64,000 nt of DNA, from assembly GCA_043228905.1 (NCBI GenBank), contig JBHGNT010000008.1, positions 17,980,001-18,044,000 of the forward strand, written 5' to 3'. The notes under the pieces are model-generated. The model did not search any database. It worked only from the letters and a program-made list of their open reading frames with translations, and was not told the DNA's origin. The position numbers and the translations under genes were made by a program. This DNA is from Azolla caroliniana (Eukaryota; Plantae; Polypodiophyta). Every line of letters begins with the position of its first letter. The first letter of the stretch is position 1. Shown here in pieces: positions 36,313 to 47,787 of the stretch.

Positions 36313-38110
36313 ATTTAAAATGTTGAAGCTTGAGCCTAGCCTTGAAGGATGTCTTCGTCTATTGTTGCTGCAGAATAACTACATATAAAATCAATCATTT
36401 TTAAGTGGATTGTGGAACAATAACTTGTTACCCTAGTAGTACTCACTCACCTTTTTTTTTTCTTTCCAAAAAACACTCACATATTTTCTATGCTAATAAG
36501 TTATTACTAACCTTAATTTTTTAATAAAGCATAGATGATAGTAATGACTTAACAATAATAGAAACAATGGTAAGTAAAAGTTTTAGTTTTAACTTAAAAC
36601 CTATGTACTAAAAGTATTTCATTTCAATATAATATAAACAGTTAAGTTATTGCTTAGATAATACAAAACCTATATTGTATTATATTACATAATGTGATAG
36701 ATGGTAACTTACATATTTAAAATGTTAAAGTTGGATGGATGTATCATGTATTCTTTTATTGTTGTTGCTGAACAACTATATGTAAAATCAATCATTTTCA
36801 AGTGAAACAATAACTTGCTACCCTAATAGAAGTACTTACTCACCTATTTTCTATATCAATAAGTTATTACTAAGTTCTAACCTTAGTTTTTTAATAAAGC
36901 ATAGATGATAGTTATAACTTATTAGTAATAACTTAATAATTATAAAAAGGATGGCTAGTAAAAGTTTTAGTTTTAACTTAAAACTTTTGTACTAAAAGTA
37001 TTTCATTTCAATATAATACAAACAACCAAGTTATTAAGTAATACAAAAACTATATTGTATAAAATTAAATAATGTGATAGATGGTAACTTACCTATTTAA
37101 AATGTTGAAGCTTGAGCCTAGCCTTGAAGGATGTCTTCTTCTATTGTTGCTGCAGAACAACTACATATAAAATCAATAATTTTTAAGTGGAACAATAGCT
37201 TACTACCCTAATAGAAGTACTTACTCACTTATTTTCTATACTAATAAGTTATTACTAACCTTAATTTCTTCATAAAGCATAGATGATAGTTATTAGTAAT
37301 AACTTAATAACTATAAAAAGAATGGTAACTGTTAAAAGTTTTAATTTTAACTTAAAACTTGTGTATTAAAACTATTTCATTTCAATATAATACAAACAGC
37401 CAAGTTATTGTTTAAATAATACAAAAACTATATTGTATAATATTACATAATGTAATAGATGGTAACTTGCCTATTTGAAATGTTGAAGCTTGAGCCTAGC
37501 CTTGAAGGATGTCTTCTTCTATTGTTGCTGTAGAAATACATATGAAATCAATAATTTTTAAGTGAAACAATAGCTTGCTACCCTAATAGAAGTACTTACT
37601 CACTTATTTTCTATACTAATAAGTTATTACTAACCTTAATTTCTTCATAAAGCATAGATGATAGTTATTAGTAATAACTTAATAACTATAAAAAGGATGG
37701 TAACTATTAAAAGTTTTAATTTTAACTTAAAACTTGTGTATTAAAAGTATTTCATTTCAATATAATACAATCAGGCAAGTTATTGCTTAAGTAATACAAA
37801 AACTATATTGTATAATATTACATAATGTAATAGATGGTAACTTACCTATTTAAAATGTTGAAGCTTAAGCCTAGCCTTGAAGGGTGTCTTCTTCTATTGT
37901 TGCTGCAGAAAAACTACATATAAAATCAATAATTTTTAAGTGGACTGTGGAAGAATAGCTTGCTACCCTAATAGAAGTACTCACCTTTGTTCTGTACTAA
38001 TAAGTTATTATTAACCTTAATTTTTTAATAAAGCATAGATAATAGTAAAATGTAATAACTTATAAGTATAAAAAGATGGTTAGTAAAATTTTTAGTTTTA
38101 AATTAAAACT
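36200..38110. repeat. Five tandem units of about 375-400 bp inside the hAT 5' region
   Basis: Anchor GGTAACTT(A/G)C at about 36301, 36703, 37083, 37461 and 37836. Confidence 0.92.
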
Positions 38111-38534
38111 TAAATTAAACCTAGAGTCTAGACTCTACACTCTAGCATATTAGAATTTAAAGTATTTTTTTTTCGAAAAAAAAAGTATATTAGAGTATTT
38201 AATAAATGACTAATGTTATTGTTAAAATTTTAAATCGATTTGAGAATTTATATCATAAATCATGATTCATCATTACAATTTACAACTTACAATTTATATT
38301 TTTTATTTTAAGTGTGTTTTTAAAAAACATATAAGATATATATATATATATATATATATATACTAGTAACTAAATACATATATATAAACTTAGAAGTTAT
38401 AATATTGTCATATTAATATATATTAGACTAGACTCTTAATTCTAGGACCTAGTATATTACACACTTTATACTAGTAACTTAGTAAGTTGTAACTACATAC
38501 TACACACATAGTTATAACTTATAACTTATTAGTT

Positions 38535-38577
<43 letters not shown>

Positions 38578-38772
38578 GACATGGAAATTAGAATTTTAGC
38601 ATGTCATTTGACATGGATAATTTTTAGTGGCCTTTCATATGAAAAGGAAAATTTTATACTTTATATGTCATTTGACGGACATTTTTATTAGATGTATGTT
38701 TTTGACGGGCAAAATGGCCTTTGACGGGCATTACACCCGTCAAATTTTTGCCCTGCATGGGAGAAACTCCAA

Positions 38773-39726
38773 GCGTGCCACCGAAGTGTTGTTGCTAGCT
38801 CAGGGCACGCTCACTGTCGGCTTCATCTCCACCAACAACACCCTCTTCCAGGCCACACTGTATGCGGGCGATCTCTTCGTGTTCCCCCGTGGCCTCCCAC
38901 ACTTCCCGATCAACCCCGACGAGAAGAACCCAGCGTTAGCCATCTCCTCCCTGAACAACCATAATCTACAAACCGTAATATAATCTATCTATCTCAACAA
39001 GGTAGGACCGTAGCTCCTATTCACATGAGCTTGTATAAACTACTGATACAGCAACATGGACGAGTTTCAAGAATGACAAATAGATTATGTATGTTTCACA
39101 ACATGAAAATATAGTGGAGACCAAAAAACATCAACGTTCTAGATGCATCAATGTACTAGTTGTTTCGTGTCCTGATGTATTCTTTTCTATTAATCTCTAG
39201 TATCAAAACATACTTATAAGTTGTGGATGTTTAATATATAGATACATACCTGTGTGTCTGTATGTGACTTGAAATATTCCATTCATTCTTATATATATAT
39301 ATATATATATTGTTTATATTCAAATATTTATACAGACCATACACAAGTGTGTGCCTGTGTATGCCTTGAAAGATTTCATTATCTCATAGAAACTTTCTCT
39401 TTCTTGTTAGTACTTTATTTTTTCCTCTTCCTTCCATGGAAGCTTCTTATTTCTTCTCACTGCTTTGAATGAATCTCTCTCTGATACAATTGTTGAGGAT
39501 GGTTAGAGAGAGAGAGAGAGAAAGGAATGAGACAGATATACCCCAGAACTCCATGGCTGCCAATCGATGTTGCAGACAAACCAATCGCAAAGAAAAATTT
39601 AGAGAGAGAGAGAGAGCTTGCGGCCACGCTCTTTGCCGCCGAGCCACGAGCTTCAGAACACGTTCGGCATTGAGCAGTCTGAAGTGGATGCCCTCACCGC
39701 CAGCGTGCAGACCAGCCTATAGCTTG
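38773..39726 (+). pseudogene. GLP pseudogene (5' half deleted; about 650-bp insertion at about 38962-39612; frameshifts)
   Basis: RATEVLLLAQG...NPALAISSLN at 38773-38957; the C-terminus and 3' UTR resume at about 39613-39860. Confidence 0.92.
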
Positions 39727-40238
39727 AGCTACGGTGGCTCAGTGTCATATAGTATGAGCATCATCTACGCATCATCCATCCACTGAATAATTGACTCGTG
39801 CATTCTTGATCAGCGATCGTCCACCATTGTAATTGTCGTTTATCAATGAACATCTTCGTTGTACTTCTTCTTGGGACAAAGGTCGTCAAAAACTAATTGA
39901 CAATCACACACAACGAAACGAAATAAAATAAAATAGTTTCTTTTTCACTTGACTTTTGTTGGTTACATACATATGGGAATGAAAATACAATGAAAAACCG
40001 ATTGCATTTAGGGCATACTAGTCTTACAAAATGATCGTCAGTGTCAAGATCCAAAAAATTCTTCGCCATCGCGGTGGAATCACTGAACCATCAAGTTAAC
40101 AACAAACTGTTGGAGGAGCATGGAGAAGCAGTCGAATTGTTGTTTTCTGCTTTTTTCCTACAGGGAAGAAGATGAAAACCACGGGAAAACTAAAAATAGA
40201 CACACATGACATGTTTTGGCAAACACTTAAATAAAACC

Positions 40239-40990
40239 TGTTGGGTAAACACACAACAATACCACAATTCCACACTGAAGCTAACAAATCATTTCCCACT
40301 TCTGTTGTAAAATATAAGATAATAATCAAACCAAACTAATATGGACAACAATTCAACAAGAAATTCCACGCCCCAACACTAACAAACAAATGATTAAGGA
40401 GACGTGAGATTTACGTGGAAAACCCCAATGTGGGGAAAAACTATGGGACAATTCACAATGGCACCAAAACTCTATTAATCAACAATAATGCAATAGGTAC
40501 AAGTTTTCTTCTTTAGTTTAAAACTAGAGGCTTTACAATCTTCGAGCTAAGTCTTTGAATCAACAAATCATCACATATAGTGGAAAAATATATGAATTTG
40601 TGAGTTCTAATTTGAGCAGAATCTATGATGATAGAGAGATCCGATCCATTTTGATCAATGTGCACTTTCTCAAGTTCAACTAATTTTTCTTCTACCACTT
40701 CGCGAATCCTATCTCCTTTGAATATGTTTGGTTCGAGCATGATAGGCGGCATTCTTGACAAGGTAAATGACACTTTAAGTGTCACAATAAAGTACATACC
40801 TTTCTTTGTTTAAACCAAGCTCTTCAAGAAAATTCATCGTCCACAACAACTCCTTGCATGCTTCAATGGCTCCAATATACTCAACCCTCTGTGTTCGACA
40901 ACGTAACACACTTTTGTAGTTTAGATTGCTATGATACAACTCCTCTTGCAAATGTCATCAAATCCCAGAAGTAGACTTGTTAGAATCAAT
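40239..40990 (-). mobile_element. Copia RNase H and 3' LTR remnant (Tork-like)
   Basis: YVLYCD...KNAAYHARTKHIQRR, IREVVEEKLVELEKVHIDQNGSD; LTR motif TTTTTCCC..GGGTTTTCCACGT shared with the intact Copia LTR. Confidence 0.8.
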
Positions 40991-40995
40991 ATCAT

Positions 40996-43995
40996 TGTCA
41001 TGATATAGCATGGTATGACTTCAAAAGGATTTGAACCCATGACCTTCTATCACATAGGTTAAAGCCCTACCCTTAAATACAAAAAATATTATTTCACTTA
41101 GGGAATCCATGTAGATTCTAGATTTCTCTGGGACATTCTAGAAATGTCAAGAGTACTCCTAAGCATACTATAAAAAGAGGCACATGGCAAGAGTACTCCT
41201 AAGCATACCATTACACTAACATATCATCAATGTTAAAAAATTAGACGTCCCACCTAGAAAGGTAAGTGCGCATTAGGATAAACTTTAGTTAGAAGAAAAC
41301 GCATGATAAAAGAAAAAGCTACAGATGCATATCTAGTGTGCATGAACACTATAGTCGATAAAAAAAACACATGACTTTAGAAAAATCATGTTAGAGAAAG
41401 CATATAGTCTATTGATAGAAAAAGCATGGAGGGCATAATTAGAGAAAAAAGCATGGATTGCCAAGACTCTCTCATCACTATATAAGGATGGGGAGTACAA
41501 TGTAATAAGGGGTGTGAAATATTTGGAAATTGGATATATTTCTAAAAGACACCAATTAATAAAATATATTCGTGGGATTCACGAAATAAACTATACTCGT
41601 GGGATTCACGAGATTTCTATATCCTTCTCTTTCAATCTAAATTCATATTCTTACATAAATATTGATTAATATAATACTTGTGGGATTCACAAGGTTTAAT
41701 CTCTTTTCTCAATCTACTCTAATCTATTCTAAACTCTTTCAATTTATTACCACGATTAATCTAATAAAATACATTATACTCATGGGATTCATGAGGTTTT
41801 TATATCTCTTTCTTAAATTCTATTCATAACTATACTTGTCTCAAATTCTTCCTCCTCCTAGTCCAAAACCCCAGTGGTTCCCACCCGACTCAAGCAACGA
41901 TCTGGCGCCGAAAGGCACGACTACACGATCACAGTTTAGAGGATTTCTTAATCATGTACATTTGGTAATTCAAATGCATCCTTCTCGATATCCCACTGAT
42001 GCATTACGAGTGGGACTAGTAGGCACGCTACGTAGTGGCACAACTCTGGCATGGTTCGCCCCTTTGTTAGAAAAAGTCTCTCCGTCGTTAAATAATTTTG
42101 AAGAGTTTATGAGCGAGTTTAAAGCATGTTTTAGAGATACCGATAACATTAAGATGGCAATCAACAAAATCCGAAGACTGAGTCAAGGTGATCGGCCGGC
42201 CTCAACTTATGTTGCGGATTTCCGTCTTCTTGCCACCGATATTCCCTAGGATGACCAAGCATTGATGGAGCAATTTTGTTTTAGCGTACGTAATGATGTC
42301 AAGGATTTACTCTTGACTTTCCCCGAAGAACCAAAGTCCCTCACAGAAGCAATCAGTTGAGTGGTACGATGCGATAACCGCCTTTTCGAACGACATTCGG
42401 AACGTCAATTCTAGATGCCAAGGACAAGATCAAAGACCACCTACGCCTCAGTGGTAGCAAAACCTTTTCAAGAAAGTCATATAATGCGTCTCCAGTAAAT
42501 ACTCCAACTCCGATGGAAATTGACACCACACGTCGTTGAGGACCATTATCGGAAGACGAAAAGCAGCGACGCCGAGCAAATCAACTATGTCTTTATTGTG
42601 GTGGACCGGGGCATATTGCAGCGAACTGCCCTCATAGGCCAAGAAGACAGGTAAATCAAATAGCCGTTAGTACTAATAGTATTAAACCCGAGTCTATTTC
42701 ATTAGAAGCGTCTGATAGTTCTAATAGCCCAAGCCTATCAAACAAATTTGAAGTCCTTAGTCAACTAGAAGAAGAGTTAAACAACTAAGTCCAACCAAAA
42801 TAGGAGCCATTTGGTTGAACTGCCCTCGATCTGTGCAACCCATTAGTGGTTTCATTCCCTCTAAGCAAGTTAGCAATGTCTTCCTAGCTCAAGTAACAAT
42901 TAGTACTAAAAGTACTCCTCCAATACATGTCTTAGCACTCCTAGATTCCGGAGCTAATTCTTGCTTCATGGATAAGAATTTTGCCCAAGCTCACCAGATA
43001 TCCTTAAGAAAACTCCCTTGCCTAGCCTCTATAGTATTCATTGATGGTCGCCCCATTGCTTCCGAAAATATCGTAGAAGAGTCAGAGCCAATTAGTGTGT
43101 CCTAGATAATTTGGCATGTCTAGTATCATTCAATATAATTAGTAGTCCAGAACATCCCATTGTTTTCGGGTTACCATGGTTCGAGTTACACAATCTAGAC
43201 ATAGATTGGAGAATAAAAGAAATTCGGCATCGACAACCTCGAGAATCTACTCATAAGGTTTCAACCATTTCGCGACATCAACTACATGAGGAAGGACGCA
43301 GGGAATCAATGTTTGTATTCGCAGTATCAGTGAAACCTTGCTGCACCACTAAAGAGGAATCCATAGTTCAACTTCCGAAGAAGTATCGTCCTTATGCCGA
43401 CGTGTTTGATAAGGTACAAGCCAATACTCTTCCTCACCATCGACCGTATGATTGTCCCATTGATTTACAACCAAGAAAAGAGCCACCATGGGGACCGATC
43501 TACGACTTGTCACCAACTGATCTAGAAGTCCTTCGAGCCTACATAGAGGAGAATTTGGCAAACGGGTTAATTCTACATTCGAAATCTCCAGCCAACGCAC
43601 CCATTTTCTTTGTCAAGAAAAAGGATGGATCACTTCATCTCTTCGTGGATTATTGTGGCTTGAATAAGGTCACCATCAGGAATAGGTATGCACTTCCCCT
43701 TATCTCGAGTCTTTTAGAATGGATTAATGGTGCAAAGTTCTTCACAAAGATCGACTTACGAGGTGCATATAACCTCATAAGGATCCAACCGGAAGATGAA
43801 TGGAAGACCACTTTTCGCCCCCGATACGGGCACTTCGAGTATACGGTTATGCCATTCGATCTCACCAATGTGCCAGCAATCTTCCAACACATGGCAAATG
43901 ATATATTTCAAGATCTCTTGGATATATGTTTGATCATCTATTTGAATGATCTACTAGTTTATTCGAAGACTCAAGAAGAGCATGATTCTCATGTA
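40996..43995 (+). mobile_element. Truncated Ty3/Gypsy element, chromovirus (Tcn1/Tf2-like): LTR-like region, gag, PR, 5' RT
   Basis: [61 protein letters not shown]; ends abruptly at an L1 junction. Confidence 0.88.
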
Positions 43996-45609
43996 CCACA
44001 TGGAAGCCAACAATACTTGATTGGCAACAACAACCCTACTTGCCAAGCCAATGACAATTTAGAAACATTGCAATATAGCAATTTCTTCCTTATAGCAAGC
44101 AACAAAGGAACTACATGATCTTCCGGTGAAAGGTTAATACCTACCTGACATCCCAAGTATCTTACAAGTTTACCATGTAGAATCCATTGAAACCTTTCTA
44201 GTGGACACCACAAGGGGTTTACTGTGGTACTTACCCAGAACCCCATCGACTTATTCCAATCAATAATAGTTCTAGAAACATTATTAACAAAATCTATCAA
44301 TAGCCCATTATAATGTACACAAATTATCGTGAGAACCTTGCAAATATAGGGTTGTATCATCAACAAATTGACAATCCACAATTTGCTCCTCTAACCAAGG
44401 CCATCGCAATCCTTTTATATTCATGACATTACTTATAAGAAAACTAATAAAAGTTTCTCCAATCATCAAATATAAAAAAGGAGGTAACGGTCATCCCTGT
44501 CTCACTGACCTCAAAATTGAAAATGCTTGGCCTAGCTCTCCAACTACTAATACTCTACAGCACTGAGTTGTAAAGAGCGGAGACAACAGTTAACCATTGA
44601 TTAGGAAAACCTAGCTTTTCCATGGTGCCCCTCAAAAAAGACCAAGCATTTTCAAACGCTCTCTAAATTACAAGATGGTTGGGCTTAGTGCACTTATAAT
44701 TCATTTGTGAAATTGCAAACGCTTCCCAAAATAAGAAAATGTTATCCAATATACTCCTATCTTGTAAGAACCTTGTTTGGGTGTTATGAATTATGTCTGT
44801 TAAAAAATGCAGCAGTCTCATAGCCAACAACTTAGCATATATTTTGTAAATAGTATTCAATATAGTAATAGGTCGCCACTTCCTAATATCAGCCACTACC
44901 CCTTCCAACTTAGGAATAAGATATAACATACCTTCTGTCCATTTACTTGGCATAATTCCAGTGTCAAACACCTCTTGGAATGCAACAATAATGTCGTTCC
45001 CAATCAATTCCCAATGATTCTAAAACAAAACTATCGAAAGCCCATCAATACTAGGGCATACATGAGAGCCAATTGCATCCAACGCAACCCTTACTTCAAA
45101 AATCAAAACTGGCTTGACCAAAACAGTTGTCATATGTAGTGAAACTCGTGCGTGCATGGTCTGCCACACACATCGACGGCTCTCCAATTAATCAAGTATA
45201 AAACATAGAGCGACAATAGATTGCTATAAAACTGCATAGCAATATCCCTCATTTCCCCAACATCCTCCGTGATGGATCCATTATCCCTCTGAAGTTATTT
45301 CATACCATTGCAAGATTTTGTTTTAGTTACAATTTTGAAAAAAGCAGTAGAGACTTTATCCCCCACTTGTGCCCACTTTGCAGCAAATGAATTATAAGTG
45401 CACTGAGCCCAAGCATCTTGTAATTTAGAGAGCTTATCCATTCTATTATTCAATTTAGACATCACCTATGTCGGCCATGGCATACATTGTTGAAAATGTT
45501 GCAAAGAAACAACCACTTGCTTAGTACTCAATATCTTAGTTTTTAATTGACATCAGTCCTCCTTTGCATTACTACAAAACCAACTACTAACATTGGCAAT
45601 TGCATCCGC
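43996..45609 (-). mobile_element. L1 LINE ORF2 (RT part), degraded
   Basis: LIPK..DIRKWRPITILNTIYKIYAK, DRSILDNI, RSVRQG, RYLGCQVG. Confidence 0.88.
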
Positions 45610-47208
45610 TGTCGTGACGATTTTCGGCTACAGTGTGAAACCGAGTGAGACGAATAAACCAAGGATGTGCAACATTGCACATACACTTAGCAAATAAGCC
45701 TAAGGCCTAGTGGCACTTGAGTTCATATAGAGGGGTGCAAGCAAGGTTTGAACCTTGCACCTCTAAGATTGCCTTACCATTAGGACAACTATCATATAGT
45801 ATAGATTCTATGTATTTCCTTTTTATATACGAATTATAGATGAAACAACCATAGAAAACCATGTGCACAAAACCATGGTTCTAAACCCATGGTTTGTGCA
45901 TGACATAAGCAAAACCGTGTGCACAAAACCATGGTTTTAGCCCATGGTTTTGTGCATGTCACAAGCATGGAAAGACCTATAAAAGCCTCTATTTGGGCTT
46001 GTGTAAGGGGGGCTCAATATGTGATATCACCAACACCATTATCATCAATATAATTATATTTGTCTTTATCTTCTTCATATTTTTCTACTTCTCAAGTGTA
46101 CAATCTTTCTTCTTCTCAAGTAAACCAATTTCATCTAATCTTACATTGATCGTCATCTCTTCGATAATTCTGCGAACATCCTCCCCAGTCCAAGACCCCG
46201 GTGGTCGCTCGAGTAGCACACACACGCGCGAATCTTCGCGACATCATTTGGTGAACCCGACGTGAAGAGCAGCAGGGGAGGACGAAGATGGATGGCGAAT
46301 ATCTCATGGAGGCAATGTCAAAAAGGAGGATGGAGTTTCTAAGAGAAGGGAAAAGACGAAATGAAGCCCAACAAGCCGTCGAGAGGTTAGTCGAGCAAGT
46401 GAGCTATTTCAACGGTGCCGAAGTCTAAAGTTTCCTAAAAGTCTAGAATGCGGAGATGGATTCAAGAGGTGTGGACAAAGCTATGAGGCTAGAGTACTTT
46501 TGTCGGGTGGTGTCTCAACTGATCTTCAAAGATGTAAAAGAGCTTCTAGAAACTCATGATTCGTGGGCGACTTTTGAGAAGGCTCTATTGGAGGAATATG
46601 GCTATGAGAGACTGAAGGGACGAGATCGACGCAACTTCGACCAATGGGTGACATCACCGAAGACCCACCAAGGCGCGACACAAGCATTCGTAGACTTCGA
46701 GCATCATTTTTCTCAACTCTCGGAGCGGGAACAAAGATTAGTGGGGGTCAATAAGGTCCTTATGTTCATGAAGTCAATCGATCGAATGGAAAGGATGTCG
46801 ATCGGCCTCAAACTCGAAGAAGATGATGGTGCAAATGGCCTCATCGAGGATTGGAGCAAAGTGGAAAGTGTATGCCGACTACACGATAAGGGGCGAGCGA
46901 GAATATCGACGACAACAAGACGGCCCATGAGGGACGATCGAAGAGGGGCGAGATGTAGCAATGTGCCACCAACAAAAGAAATAAAGCTTAAAAGGGAGAC
47001 AAAACCGAGGCGAATGGTGATCGAGGAAGAAGAGAACTCCCAACAAATGTGGGTTAATGAAGTGGCCGATACAAAGGCTCAGGTTCGGTATGACGGTACC
47101 GAGAGAGAAGGTGCGAAACAAGTCACCTTCTTGTCTTACGAAGAAACGACAACCAAGGAGGAGGCCGATGACTCGAGGACGGTGAACGCCACTTCGAGGG
47201 AGGATAAA
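45610..47208 (+). mobile_element. Gypsy-type LTR element fragment: LTR 45610-46243, tRNA-Trp PBS 46249-46266, gag-like ORF
   Basis: TGTCGTGA...TCGCGACA termini; TGGTGAACCCGACGTGAA is complementary to the plant tRNA-Trp 3' end as I recall it; gag-like SWATFEKALLEEY. Confidence 0.8.
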
Positions 47209-47787
47209 TGTTTCGGAACACGCATTGTGTACAAAACATCGGGTGATGAAGGTCCAAGCATGAGAAAAGCTTGCATGATTGAGGGAGATAAAGTGTTTGT
47301 AAATAGTCTAAAAGTGCCCCATGTGGGCTATATCTGTAAATAGCCAGAAAGTTGTATAAGTATGTATAAATACAACTAGGGCAAACTTTATGTGACAATC
47401 GTTGAATCATTAGTGTGATAATCATTATAGTTGTAACTTGTATAGTTACATAGTGGGTAGTTGACTTAGTAACTGAGAGTGATAGAGAGTGAGTGAGAGT
47501 TAGTGTGAGTAACTCTACAGTCGTCATTCAACGAAGATGAGCTCGAGGTTGTTGCCTCTAAGTCTCATTGTATTCCTCCCTCTACATATAGTGATTTGTT
47601 TCTTGGGGTTCGTGGACCCCCGTGGTTTTTTTTCCCTTTCGTGTTTTCCACGTTAAAATATTTTGTGTCTCTATACTTGTGTTTTTCCCTTACTTTCTCT
47701 TCTTTCTGTCTGTGCACTGTCATTTCTCGTTTTCTACACCCGAATATACATACGAGTAACCGGTTGTGGCCAGTCACGATCCTAACA
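47209..47787 (+). mobile_element. Single Copia LTR related to the LTR at 7029
   Basis: Shared GGCTATAT.TGTAAATAGCC.GAAAGT, TAGGGCAAAC, CGTGGTTTTT..CCC, TTTTCCACGTTA and CGGTTGTGGCC; ends CTAACA; no matching TSD. Confidence 0.75.

Larger units (their letters stand above)
33479..38755 (-). mobile_element. Complete, putatively autonomous hAT transposon (5277 bp)
   Basis: Perfect 8-bp TSD CATGGGAG (33471-33478, 38756-38763); 20-bp TIRs CAGGGCCTAAAATTGACGGG / CCCGTCAAATTTTTGCCCTG (17/20 match); subterminal TTGAC(GG) motifs; intact transposase. Confidence 0.97.

Noticed and set aside
38627-38983. 118-aa ORF joining the hAT end to GLP sequence
   Set aside because: GTG start in the transposon terminus, no signal peptide or HVH ligands; a chance read-through into a pseudogene.
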